From the NCBI GenBank assembly GCA_017853815.1, contig JAFMIT010000003.1, positions 1 to 37,454 on the forward strand: 37,454 bases of DNA, given 5' to 3'. Below the pieces are notes generated by a model. It was not told the origin of the DNA and made no database searches. It saw only the letters and a program-made list of their open reading frames with translations. Positions 9,405 through 18,896 of the stretch are shown here, in pieces. Source of the stretch: Actinomycetota bacterium (GTDB lineage: Bacteria; Actinomycetota; Actinomycetes; S36-B12; UBA5976). The position numbers were made by a program, and so were the translations under genes. Positions within the stretch are counted from its first letter, which is position 1; every line of letters starts with the position of its first letter.

Positions 9405-10417
9405 GCCTCGCCGCCCTCCTTAACCCGAAGCTGCATCACCGTGGTGACAAAGTTCTCTCCCGCCGGGTTAGCAAATCGATCCAACAAAACTCCTGCAGCT
9501 ATGCGGCCGATGGTCTGTGGATCGTGATCAAGAGTTGTCACCCCCAAGAGCGATGCTTGTGGAAAATCATCAAAGCTAATGATGGGAATTTCGCGTCCAG
9601 CTGCGCGCAGGCCACGGAGTGCACCCTGAGCAATCAAGTCGTTCGCCGCAATGATTCCGTCCACACCAATTTGGGACTTAACGAGATCGGTGATTCTTAA
9701 AAATGCGTCGTTTTCGTTGTGCACGCCAGAAATGACTTGGCAATCTGATTTCGATAATCCCAAACGAGCGAGTGCGCTGTTAAAGCCTGCAATTCGCTGC
9801 CCGGCTGTCCAAATGGATTCGTGGTCTGCGATCAAAGCGATGCGCTTCAACCCCTTGTTGGCAAGGTATTTCACACATTCGTACATACCTCCGTTGTTAT
9901 CGACAAGAACATTGTCGGCATCAAAGAAGGGGGCTGGGCGGTCAACAAAGACAAAGGAGAACCCTCTGCGACGCTCAGCATGAAGATATGAATAGTCCTT
10001 GCCTGAAGGCACCACCAACAGCCCACGAACGCGACGGCCGAGCAGCGAATCGATGAGCGCACTCTCACGCGCTCCGTCATCTCTTGCAGTTGCAATAATC
10101 AAGTCGTGCCCAGCTTCGGTCAGACGCTCTTCAGCTCCTGAGGCAAGACCTGCGTAAAACGGGTTAAAAAGGTCAGAAATGATCATGCCCACGAGGTTGG
10201 ACATCGGGCCACCGCGCAATTCGCGAGCGATGGCGTTTGTCCGGTACCCCAACAGATTGGCAGCCTCACGCACTTTGGCTGCGGTTTTTGGCGTGACATT
10301 GGCCTGATCGTTGACCACGCGAGAGGCAGTTTTGATGCTCACTCCGGCCACGGCGGCAACATCAGCTAGCGTCGGGTGAGCGACGATTCCAGTCTGGTCT
10401 GTAGGCGGCGTGGACAA
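9401..10417 (-). CDS. LacI family transcriptional regulator
   Basis: PTLADVAAVAGVSIKTASRVVN HTH, LGYRTNAIAREL hinge, sugar-binding domain (FVDR, SFDD). Confidence 0.95.
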   Translation of the reverse strand: MSTPPTDQTGIVAHPTLADVAAVAGVSIKTASRVVNDQANVTPKTAAKVREAANLLGYRTNAIARELRGGPMSNLVGMIISDLFNPFYAGLASGAEERLTEAGHDLIIATARDDGARESALIDSLLGRRVRGLLVVPSGKDYSYLHAERRRGFSFVFVDRPAPFFDADNVLVDNNGGMYECVKYLANKGLKRIALIADHESIWTAGQRIAGFNSALARLGLSKSDCQVISGVHNENDAFLRITDLVKSQIGVDGIIAANDLIAQGALRGLRAAGREIPIISFDDFPQASLLGVTTLDHDPQTIGRIAAGVLLDRFANPAGENFVTTVMQLRVKEGGEA

Positions 10418-10513
10418 AAGTTCCCTCTCATGTGTATTCCTGCGTGGACCGAAAAGATGGTTCCTGCCCTGAGGTCATGAACCGACGTCGATTTCCTCAC
10501 GCCTGAGCACAAG

Positions 10514-10527
10514 GTGCAACGATGTCA
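10514..10527. promoter_or_regulatory. Degenerate LacI-type operator
   Basis: GTGCAACGATGTCA, 10/14 match to TGACAACGTTGTCA, just downstream of the predicted lacI -10 (TAGATT 10540-10535, minus strand). Confidence 0.5.
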
Positions 10528-10558
10528 ATCAGAAAATCTACACCACACTGTCCATGTT

Positions 10559-10572
10559 TGACAACGATGTCA
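10559..10572. promoter_or_regulatory. LacI-type operator between divergent lacI and acyltransferase
   Basis: TGACAACGATGTCA, 13/14 match. Overlaps the minus-strand -35 TTGTCA and lies just upstream of the plus-strand -10 TAGCCT (10575-10580). Confidence 0.75.
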
Positions 10573-10639
10573 GATAGCCTTGGGGAGCCGTCATCGATAC
10601 CCAATACAGGCTTGGAGCTCCGTCTTGAGCACTCACTAC

Positions 10640-12796
10640 ATGGACAATAGTCATCGCGTCTACCCGCACATTGAGGGGCTGCGCGCAGTGGCAATCCTGG
10701 CGGTGGTAGCTCATCACATCGGACTGCTTCCTCGGGGCTTTCTGGGGGTAGACGCCTTTTTCGTCATTTCTGGCTTTCTCATCACCAGCCTGCTCATCCA
10801 AGACTTCGCCGTTGCCGGCCGAATCCGCCTGCTGACGTTCTACGCAAGACGTGCCCGCCGAATATTGCCGCTAGCAGGTCTCGTCATTGTGACCACTTTG
10901 CTGCTTGTCGCCTCGCAGGGAAATGAAGTCAGTACGCAGGCAGCGGCCAGAGAAGGTGTCTCCGCCTCGATATTCATGGCCAACTTTCATTACCTCGATC
11001 TCAGCACGGACTATTTCTCAACTATTGAGCACCCCGTCTTGCGAAACTTCTGGTCGCTAGCAGTCGAAGAGCAGTTCTACCTCGTTTGGCCCGCGTTGCT
11101 TCTCGCACTAGGGCTGGTGGCCAAGCGGAATTGGAGCAAGTGGGCAGTCGTGCTGGCGTCGGTCGTCACAGTTGCTTCACTGGCTGTGGGTCTCATCGTC
11201 GGTAATGCCAATCCAAACGCTGCGTATTTCATGCCTCACACAAGAGCGTACGAGCTCGGGATTGGAGCGCTACTGGCATTCCTTTCACAAAACGACCGCT
11301 TGCCGCGCCTACCAACTCTGTGGCGAACGTTTGTCTGCATCCTGCTTCTCGCAACTTTTCTCGTCACCACCCCGACGTACAACCCCGCGCTCCAGGCCCT
11401 GCCGACTGTCTTAATCACCGCCCTTGTGATTGCTCTGGGCCTGAAAGACTCGGTCATCGTCTTCGAGAGTCGAGTGCTCACCTACATCGGAAATCGGTCT
11501 TACGGCTGGTACCTGTGGCATTGGCCATTGCTCGTGATTTTTGGTTTAAGCACAGAAACGCCAGCGTCCCTTACCGAAATGTTCCTGATTGTTCTTGGCG
11601 CATTCGTTCTCAGTGATCTGGCCTATCGAATCTTCGAAAATCCAATTCGCCGCAGTGCCGCACTGAACAACAGTCCTCATAAAGCAATCTCGGTTGGACT
11701 TGCGTTTGCTCTCACTGCGCTTTCTATCAGCTTGATATTTACTCAGGACCGCTCCGTCGCCGCATCGCCCGAGCCCGAGCCAACCGCATCATCGAGCAGT
11801 CCCAGTGCACCTGAACCAACGCCGTCACCCACAGAAAGTGCCACTGAAAGCCCTACCGCTTCACCATCATCGACCGTGGCAACAACACCTGCTGCTCCAG
11901 CGGATCCAAAAGTGCAGGAACTTGTAGGAAAACTATCTGGCACTTCGAGCGCGGCTTTGTTGGCGCAGGTACAAAGCGTAATTCAAGGTGCTATCGATGC
12001 CGAAGCTTTCCCCTACAAAACGCTGCCTCGACTCGGAGACATTGTGCGAGATCGCAGTGCGTGGTTTGAGAATGGATGTTCGGTTGACTTCCCCAACACA
12101 GACGTTCCGGAGTGCGTCGGCGGCGATGACACTGCCGCGCGCACGCTCGTGCTCTACGGCGACAGTCATGCCACTATGTGGATGCCAGCGTTTGATCGCA
12201 TCGGCAAAGCCGAAGGCTGGAAGGTAGTGCTATTCGCAAAGTTGGCATGTCCACTGGTCGAAGAAAACGTGTGGAGCTACCAGCTGAACAAGCCATTCAA
12301 CGAATGTCAGGAGTGGCAAGCACAAGTTCTTCCCCGCATCGAAGCTCTCGCTCCAGAAATGATTGTCGTCACGGATCAATGGAAACCAGCAGTCAATAAC
12401 GGTGCGATTGATGACGCAGGCGTGGTGGCGCTATGGCAGCGAGCATTTCAGCCAGCGCTCGCCCGCCTATCCACCTACACCGATAACTTGGTAGTGCTTG
12501 GAAATCTTCCAAACATGAGTTCCGATCCGGCAACCTGCCTATCAACCCGCGGCACCGACCCATGGATCTGCACCACTTTGAGAGACGATGCAGAGTTCAG
12601 TGCTGTGCAAAAGATTGAAAAGAATGCAGCGCTCGCAGTCAAAGCGAAGTACGTCAATGTGATGCAATGGGCGTGCACCGTGCAATTCTGTCCAACGGTA
12701 ATCGGTGGACGAGTCGCCTACTTCGATCAGTGGCATTTCACCGACACATATGTTGAGTGGCTCGAGCCCTTGCTTAAAGTATCCGTCGGACTGTAG
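10640..12796 (+). CDS. Acyltransferase-3 / SGNH fusion O-acyltransferase (OafA/OatA-like)
   Basis: IEGLRAVA, GFLGVDAFFVISGFLIT, RRARRILP, WSLAVEEQFY, SYGWYLWHWP; P/T/S-rich linker; SGNH domain with GDSH and DQWH. ATG 10640 preferred as start. Confidence 0.9.
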   Translation: MDNSHRVYPHIEGLRAVAILAVVAHHIGLLPRGFLGVDAFFVISGFLITSLLIQDFAVAGRIRLLTFYARRARRILPLAGLVIVTTLLLVASQGNEVSTQAAAREGVSASIFMANFHYLDLSTDYFSTIEHPVLRNFWSLAVEEQFYLVWPALLLALGLVAKRNWSKWAVVLASVVTVASLAVGLIVGNANPNAAYFMPHTRAYELGIGALLAFLSQNDRLPRLPTLWRTFVCILLLATFLVTTPTYNPALQALPTVLITALVIALGLKDSVIVFESRVLTYIGNRSYGWYLWHWPLLVIFGLSTETPASLTEMFLIVLGAFVLSDLAYRIFENPIRRSAALNNSPHKAISVGLAFALTALSISLIFTQDRSVAASPEPEPTASSSSPSAPEPTPSPTESATESPTASPSSTVATTPAAPADPKVQELVGKLSGTSSAALLAQVQSVIQGAIDAEAFPYKTLPRLGDIVRDRSAWFENGCSVDFPNTDVPECVGGDDTAARTLVLYGDSHATMWMPAFDRIGKAEGWKVVLFAKLACPLVEENVWSYQLNKPFNECQEWQAQVLPRIEALAPEMIVVTDQWKPAVNNGAIDDAGVVALWQRAFQPALARLSTYTDNLVVLGNLPNMSSDPATCLSTRGTDPWICTTLRDDAEFSAVQKIEKNAALAVKAKYVNVMQWACTVQFCPTVIGGRVAYFDQWHFTDTYVEWLEPLLKVSVGL

Positions 12797-12799
12797 TTC

Positions 12800-15340
12800 T
12801 TACGCAACCACTAAACGGACTGCAATATCGCCCGCAAACTTTGGTGTCGTGACTTTTACTTTGAGTCCTACAGATCTCACAAGACTCGTCTTGAGTATTG
12901 CACCAGTCTGAACATTGATGAGCTGAACCTTGTATCTGCCCGCAGCAGCAACAGGCACCATGAAACTCGCTGCAAGAGCAGTTGGAACTCCGACGGCTCG
13001 AGGCTTGCGATTTTCTTTGAGAGCTTTGATCAGTTCTGCGGTCAACAACTTGATGCGTGCGCTTCGACTGTAATCAGAATGACGTACCCACACCAAGGTG
13101 CGACCGGAGCCAACCAACGCCTGCGTAATGGTGTGCTTGGGGCCAGCAATTTTTCTCGGGGTCATTGATGGCAGGTCCGCACCCGCAATCAAAACGCTCA
13201 AACTCTTCGTAGCACCCCACAGCTTGAGTGGATCGATGTACTCGTCCCACCACCAGTACATAGCTGGAGAACCAAAGCCTGCGAAAACTGCTGCCCATTG
13301 ACTGTTGTGCATGTGGAGGCCGGTCTTGTCGAGCGTTGGATCCTCGCCCGCTGCACCTGATCCCATTTCTGCAACGATGGTTGGCTTGCCTGGCAAAACA
13401 GTTTTCATCGATGGCGCAAGATTGCCCAAAGTCGCAATGGGATCAGCGTCGTTGTACACGTGAATTGAGGCAAAATCGACGTTGGACCAATCACGAAGAC
13501 TTCCACCCGAAGACCAGGAGGTGGTGGTGGGGTGGTTGTACGCATCAAGAGTTCTCAACAATTGATCCGACTCACGAATCCAGGATTGAAGTTCACTTGC
13601 GCCCATGGGCGTGAAGTCAACTTCGTTCCACCATTCCCACGATACAAGTGACGACTGCGCTCCCCAGCGGGCAACGACGTAGCGAAGCCGCTGTTCCCAG
13701 AACTTCTTGGCGTCGGCGGACGTCACGAACTCACCAGGACTATTTAGTGGTCCGCCATTGAGTTTGTTGTAAGGGTTATCGCGCCATTCGCTGTTGGTGG
13801 TCTCACTAAAGGCACCGTGATTGAGCAGCACCAAATTGATGTTGATGCCGTACTTAGCACCAAGCGCAAAGACTTGGTCCAGCTTCTTGGCACGATCTTG
13901 CCGCTTGGAATAGTCACCAAGACCAGTGTCTTTCCATTCGATTCCAAATCCCCAGGATGCCATCCACACACGAGCCCAATTAGCTCCATTGCGGGCGGCT
14001 TGCTTGAACCACTTGTCGTAGTCGGCGAGCGAATTTTGTTTTGACCAAGCGATGTTGTACCCGATTGGTGTGAACGGCTTTCCGCCACGGCTAAATCCTG
14101 TGCCGTTCACTTGAATCTGCGGAACCGATGCCTCAGCAAAAGTGAGACTTAATGGCTGAACCACTTTGGATAGATCAAGCGATCGGATGACACCACTGAC
14201 TCGCAGCGTCCACTGTCCAGCTTCGGTCGGTTTGAATCGAACGCGGAACACACCTTCGCCTCGTGGGAGTGCACCCGTGTAATCCTGGAACCAGAAGAAG
14301 GGACTGCGCACGATTTGCTTCGAAGGACCTTCGAATTCGGCCCAGATATTCGCTTGGTCGATTGAGAATGGATTCGCTACCGACGGAGTTCCCAGCAAAT
14401 CAATCTCTGCAGGAGTTTTCGAGTCACCAGCAGAAACCATGCGAGTAACAATGTCCGTAGGAACAGGGTCACAGGCAGCGGCATCAAAGATATCTCCGAC
14501 TCCTGCGACAGCCTGGAAATCAATGCTCTGAGTGTGGGGCACCATCAATGGTGCAGTTTGGCCACCGTACTCCACCAGTGCATACGCAAGCGGTTCGATA
14601 TCGCGAGCGTCATTCCACACGCCGGTGTTCGCCTTCATTTCAAGTGAGTTCTCACCACCCGCAAAAAAGTTGTTGGGCTCCCCGGCGGCCCAATTGGTAA
14701 ACGTGAAAAGTTGCCCGGCTTCAGGCCCGGCCATCCAGCGCCATTCGCCATCTTTTGCGGCATCACTTCCACCGAGCCAACCGCCGACGCCAAGCGTCGA
14801 GAGAACCTCGACTTCGCTCGCCGATGTCACGGTTGCCAAGTAGCCAGACATTCCGTTGAACGTGGACGCCAACGCTGTGCTGCTTGCTGCCTGCCAATTC
14901 GCATAGGTCCCAGCAATCGCTGCATAGAAGTGGCCATTGCTCGAAAGGTAAGAAGCACCAGCTGGCGCAATCATGACCGTGACGTTGCCTGGGCCGGCAC
15001 TGGCACCCCGCACTCTCAACGATGCCAGTGCCGCGGCGACGTCGGCGGCGTCGCCTTCGAACGCAATGCGTCCAGAACCCTTGGTCGAAGGACTTGACCA
15101 CCCAGCGACCGCATCAAGCCGATTCCGCACTGCAACGGCACCTATTCCGTTTGCGATCTCGATGGTTGCGCGGATTCGGGTAATGCCAACAGGAATATCG
15201 CCGATTACAACGCCTGGTAAGGCATCACAGGTCGTCGTTGAGACTTCAGGTGTCACAGCGGCACTCGGTACAGCCAGACATGAAACGCCCATCGCAAAAG
15301 TGACGAGAAGAGTCTTCAGGACTTTTGAAAAGCGATTCAC
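12800..15340 (-). CDS. Secreted multidomain glycoside hydrolase: C-type lectin + DUF5060-like Ig domain + clan GH-A (GH5-like) barrel
   Basis: GTG 15340 with RBS AGGA and a signal peptide (MNRFSK...VPSAA). CTL motifs NGHFY, YLATVTS, WLGGSD, WRW, GEPNN, WND. DUF5060-like NPF...FRVRFKP. Catalytic WARVWM, WEWWNE, VAEMG. Basic C-terminal tail. Confidence 0.8.
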   Translation of the reverse strand: MNRFSKVLKTLLVTFAMGVSCLAVPSAAVTPEVSTTTCDALPGVVIGDIPVGITRIRATIEIANGIGAVAVRNRLDAVAGWSSPSTKGSGRIAFEGDAADVAAALASLRVRGASAGPGNVTVMIAPAGASYLSSNGHFYAAIAGTYANWQAASSTALASTFNGMSGYLATVTSASEVEVLSTLGVGGWLGGSDAAKDGEWRWMAGPEAGQLFTFTNWAAGEPNNFFAGGENSLEMKANTGVWNDARDIEPLAYALVEYGGQTAPLMVPHTQSIDFQAVAGVGDIFDAAACDPVPTDIVTRMVSAGDSKTPAEIDLLGTPSVANPFSIDQANIWAEFEGPSKQIVRSPFFWFQDYTGALPRGEGVFRVRFKPTEAGQWTLRVSGVIRSLDLSKVVQPLSLTFAEASVPQIQVNGTGFSRGGKPFTPIGYNIAWSKQNSLADYDKWFKQAARNGANWARVWMASWGFGIEWKDTGLGDYSKRQDRAKKLDQVFALGAKYGININLVLLNHGAFSETTNSEWRDNPYNKLNGGPLNSPGEFVTSADAKKFWEQRLRYVVARWGAQSSLVSWEWWNEVDFTPMGASELQSWIRESDQLLRTLDAYNHPTTTSWSSGGSLRDWSNVDFASIHVYNDADPIATLGNLAPSMKTVLPGKPTIVAEMGSGAAGEDPTLDKTGLHMHNSQWAAVFAGFGSPAMYWWWDEYIDPLKLWGATKSLSVLIAGADLPSMTPRKIAGPKHTITQALVGSGRTLVWVRHSDYSRSARIKLLTAELIKALKENRKPRAVGVPTALAASFMVPVAAAGRYKVQLINVQTGAILKTSLVRSVGLKVKVTTPKFAGDIAVRLVVA

Positions 15341-15380
15341 GATATTCCTGTCAGTGGATCCGAGCCTAGAAGTTTGGCGA

Positions 15381-16349
15381 TTACTTGATGCCCGAAAGCG
15401 CAATACCTCGAATGAAGTGCTTCTGAGCAACCAAGAAAAGCAAAACGGTCGGGATAGAGGCGAGAAGGCTGGCGCCCATGATGATGCCTTGCATACCGAT
15501 ATTGCCGGCACCGTTGTTTCGCAACATCGAAAGCGCCACTGGCAGGTTCCACATCTCAGGGCTGTTGGCAATAATCATCGGCCACAAGAAGTTATTCCAT
15601 TCGCCGATTGAAGCGAAGATCATCATGGCAATCATTGCTGGCTTAAGGAGCGGCAGAATGATTCGCCACCAAATCGTGAACTCACTGGCCCGGTCAATGC
15701 GAGCAGATTCGACGAGCTCATCCGGAATAGATGAAAGGTACTGAACGAGGAAGAAGACAATGAACGCTTTGGGAAGTGCCGGAATGATGTAAGCCCAGTA
15801 GGTATCGAGCCAGTTCAGATTACTCATCGTTAAGAAGTTGGGAATGATGCCGACCTGCCATGGAACCATCATCGAACCAATAATGGTCAAGTAAATCAGG
15901 CGCTTGCCCTTCATTCGATGCTTGCTAACAACGTATGCAGCGAGAGATGAGATGAGCATCGTGGCTACGGTGATGGTGACCACAATAAAGAGGCTGTTGA
16001 GAACGTAGTGGAAGAAGCCAAACTGGACTTCTTCAAAGCGTTGGAACAGACCGCGTTGATTGCTCGGATCAGTTGAGTTGTTGTTGACGTTTCCGAAGTT
16101 GGTATTGAAGTAGTTCACCAACAGCCATTTGTTCGGTACGACCGTGGGTGGAACTTTTTGAAGCTCTTGAACTGACTTAAAGGACGATGTAATCATCCAG
16201 TAGTACGGAGCAACCATGATGATGGTCGTGAGGTAGAGAGGAATTCTTCGGAGCTTGCTCCATTTGCTTCGCTTTTCGAAAGGACTCGAAAAGCCGCCAG
16301 CATCGAAAGTGTCTTTCGGTACAAACTCTTCTTGATCAATGATGGTCAT
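15381..16349 (-). CDS. Carbohydrate ABC transporter permease (MalG-type)
   Basis: EAA loop IPDELVESARID, WNNFLWP, QKHFIRGI. Confidence 0.93.
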   Translation of the reverse strand: MTIIDQEEFVPKDTFDAGGFSSPFEKRSKWSKLRRIPLYLTTIIMVAPYYWMITSSFKSVQELQKVPPTVVPNKWLLVNYFNTNFGNVNNNSTDPSNQRGLFQRFEEVQFGFFHYVLNSLFIVVTITVATMLISSLAAYVVSKHRMKGKRLIYLTIIGSMMVPWQVGIIPNFLTMSNLNWLDTYWAYIIPALPKAFIVFFLVQYLSSIPDELVESARIDRASEFTIWWRIILPLLKPAMIAMMIFASIGEWNNFLWPMIIANSPEMWNLPVALSMLRNNGAGNIGMQGIIMGASLLASIPTVLLFLVAQKHFIRGIALSGIK

Positions 16350-17320
16350 CGCAAATCCTCAAAACTCTTAGACAGCTTCAGGTTGATCAAACTGATGATG
16401 AAAATAATGCCGAAAAGAACCCATGCGATTGCCGACGCGTAGCCCAATCGGAAGTGAATGAATCCCTGGTCATACAAATACGGGACCAACATAAGCGCCA
16501 TATCCTGAAGGCCACCGACAGAGCCAACGCTGGTTGGGAAAAGAAGATAGACACCTTCGAAAATCTGGAAGGCGCCGATGATGCTTGTGATTCCGACGTA
16601 AGTCATCACGGGCTTGAGTAGTGGCAGTGTGATGTACCGGAAACGCTGGCGCGGATTTGCGCCATCAATCATCGCGGCTTCGTAGTAGTAGGTCGGAATG
16701 GAGTTGATGCCGGCAAGGAACAAGATCATGCCGTAGCCCGCCCCACCCCAGACAGACATGAGCACAAGAATCGGGACTGCGAGTGCGGGGGTAGCAAGCC
16801 ATTCGACTGGGGAGATTCCCATTGCAGCCAACACGCCGTTGAGCAGACCAACGCCATCGCCACGAAACACCCAGCCCCACACGAGGACTGTGGCAATGGA
16901 TGACGTCACAGAAGGTAAGAAGAAGACAACGCGCAAGATGCGATTCGATTTGGTGTCAGCTTGCAAAGCAATGGCCAACATCAACGAGGCAATAATTGTC
17001 AAAGAGACTGCGCCAACGACATAGTACGAGGTATTGAGAAGTGCCTTATGAAAACGATCATCTTCAAAGAAGAGTCGGTAGTAATTGCCAAATCGAACTG
17101 AGCCGCAGGGGCTGAGTTCTTCGTCGCAAATGGCGTTGTAACGCATGAAGGAGAGCCGGAAGCTTGCAAAGATGGGGTAGATGCTGAACGCAACGAACAA
17201 AAGAACGAAGGGAGCGAGCATCAGGTATGAACTCAGGCCAGAGTCGCTCCATTTGTAGAAGCCTTTGCGACGCTGCCGGGTGGGCTCTAAAGCGGTCACG
17301 GTTGGTGTCGACGTAGACAA
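16346..17320 (-). CDS. Carbohydrate ABC transporter permease (MalF-type)
   Basis: YYEAAMIDGA, ITLPLLKP, LGYASAIAW; ATGA overlap with the next gene. Confidence 0.93.
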   Translation of the reverse strand: MSTSTPTVTALEPTRQRRKGFYKWSDSGLSSYLMLAPFVLLFVAFSIYPIFASFRLSFMRYNAICDEELSPCGSVRFGNYYRLFFEDDRFHKALLNTSYYVVGAVSLTIIASLMLAIALQADTKSNRILRVVFFLPSVTSSIATVLVWGWVFRGDGVGLLNGVLAAMGISPVEWLATPALAVPILVLMSVWGGAGYGMILFLAGINSIPTYYYEAAMIDGANPRQRFRYITLPLLKPVMTYVGITSIIGAFQIFEGVYLLFPTSVGSVGGLQDMALMLVPYLYDQGFIHFRLGYASAIAWVLFGIIFIISLINLKLSKSFEDLR

Positions 17321-17381
17321 CCCAACTCACTCTCCTCGTTGTGGCCTCGTGGTAAGAATTTTTCGTGAGGGTCTTCCACCA

Positions 17382-17414
17382 CGTGAGGGACGGGTCTGGG
17401 ACCCGCCCCTCACG
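17382..17414 (-). terminator. Intercistronic stem-loop after the solute-binding protein gene
   Basis: Minus strand CGTGAGGGGCGGGTC-CCA-GACCCGTCCCTCACG: 15-bp stem with one G-U (an A-C mismatch on the plus strand). Confidence 0.65.
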
Positions 17415-17472
17415 CGTTCTTTGGAAGAAACGACTTGGCCTCGGTGAGGCATTCAGTCGAATGTGTGCGTAA

Positions 17473-18717
17473 TTACTGCCGAGACTTCATGGCAGCTGCA
17501 GCGGCGTCAAGAGCGGCCTGAGCCGACTTGCCGTCGAAGAGGAAGGCTTGGATTTCCTTCGTCACATCTGCCTGGCTGTCTTCCCAACCAATGCAGTTCG
17601 GTGGACCCTGAGCCGTTGCGAGCTGGCTCTTGATGGTCTTGAGAACTGAGCTTGGGTAAGAAGCGATTGAGTCTGCGAACTTGATGACTGGCGACAAGAA
17701 GATCGAGTTCTCAACGGTACCAACAGAGTTCATTGCTGTAACAGTGTTGACGTCGTAGAGAGAACGGATGAACTTGGCAGCAAGTGCCTTCTTGGTCGAG
17801 TACTTCATAACGGAGATACCACGACCACCGATGAAGGAAACGCTCTTTGCACCAGGAGCTGCAGGAACAGGAATTGCATTCCAGTTCTTGTAGTCGCGGT
17901 AGTAGGTGTAGAGCGAGCTAGCCTGGAAGTTGCCAGAGAAGCCGATACCGTACTTCTTGTTCTTCAGGTTGTCGTTCATAGACCAGTCAGCAACACCGGG
18001 CTTTGGAGCACCGAAATCTGAATACAACTTCTTGTACTGATTCAGAGCTGAAACACCCTTTGAGTTGTTGATCGTGACTTTGCACTTTGCATCGTACAAA
18101 GAACCACCTGATGAGTACAGCCAGTTGAACCAGCCGAGCCAGTCAGCATTGCCCCACTCGTTGTAGACAGGAACCTGGATGCCTGCATCCTTCAATTTCT
18201 GGGCAGCAGCATTGAATTCTGCAATGGTCTTAGGTGCAGCAATACCGTTGTCAGCGAAGACGGTCTTGTCATAGAACATCATCATGAGGGTAAGGTCGTA
18301 AGGAACTGCATAGACCTTGCTCGAGCCGTAGGCAATGAGTGAGCGATAGATCTGTGATGGAACCTTTGGCTGCACGAAGCTAGCTACACCGAGTGGACGA
18401 AGGTCAGCGAGTGCGCCCTTCTGGCCAAGTGAGATACCCCATGACAAACCACCGGTGATGACGTCTGGACCCTTGCGAGCTGCTGCAGCTGCAAGAACCT
18501 TTGCATAGCCGTCGCCCCAGCCGATTGTTTGGACAGTTACCTTGACGCCAGGATTTTGGCGCATGAATACCTTGGCAGCCGCTTGGGTCACCTTGGTAGA
18601 AGCATCATCGCCTGTGGCCCATACGACCAAGTTCTTGGTTGCGGCTGATGCTGGTGGAGCCATCAGCACACCGACGGCCATCATCAATGTGATGGCAATC
18701 GCACCGAGTCGCTTCAT
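17473..18717 (-). CDS. Sugar ABC transporter solute-binding protein (family 1), no lipobox
   Basis: GPDV, KVYAVPYD, FYDKTVF, GG.GISV motifs; RBS GGAGGA; signal peptide ends ASA|A with no Cys. Confidence 0.9.
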   Translation of the reverse strand: MKRLGAIAITLMMAVGVLMAPPASAATKNLVVWATGDDASTKVTQAAAKVFMRQNPGVKVTVQTIGWGDGYAKVLAAAAARKGPDVITGGLSWGISLGQKGALADLRPLGVASFVQPKVPSQIYRSLIAYGSSKVYAVPYDLTLMMMFYDKTVFADNGIAAPKTIAEFNAAAQKLKDAGIQVPVYNEWGNADWLGWFNWLYSSGGSLYDAKCKVTINNSKGVSALNQYKKLYSDFGAPKPGVADWSMNDNLKNKKYGIGFSGNFQASSLYTYYRDYKNWNAIPVPAAPGAKSVSFIGGRGISVMKYSTKKALAAKFIRSLYDVNTVTAMNSVGTVENSIFLSPVIKFADSIASYPSSVLKTIKSQLATAQGPPNCIGWEDSQADVTKEIQAFLFDGKSAQAALDAAAAAMKSRQ

Positions 18718-18785
18718 ATTTCCTCCAATTCAGAAACGAACATAGACGGCGACTATCGCCGCGGTGGCGGAACCATCGCAGCAAA

Positions 18786-18799
18786 TGTCAACGTTGTCA
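18786..18799. promoter_or_regulatory. LacI-type operator upstream of the ABC operon
   Basis: TGTCAACGTTGTCA, 13/14 match; overlaps minus-strand TTGACA (18800-18795), ~70 nt before the ATG. Confidence 0.75.
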
Positions 18800-18896
18800 A
18801 TAACTTTTTTCGGCGGTTTGCAGATGTCTTGCGGGACATTTTTGAGCGTGAATCGGACAAGTTGGGGACACAATCCCCATACTGCCTAGGGGGCTG

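Noticed and set aside
10477-10506. Mini-ORF MNRRRFPHA with GAGG upstream, resembling a Tat signal start
   Set aside because: Only nine codons, no hydrophobic core, and antisense to the predicted lacI leader; likely chance.
11755-11910. Low-complexity Pro/Ser/Thr/Glu stretch
   Set aside because: An ordinary flexible linker between the AT3 and SGNH domains, not a separate repeat element.
15341-15571. N-terminal extension of the 923-aa ORF overlapping the permease
   Set aside because: An RBS, a signal peptide and a candidate -10 all point to GTG 15340; the extension is the permease read in another frame.
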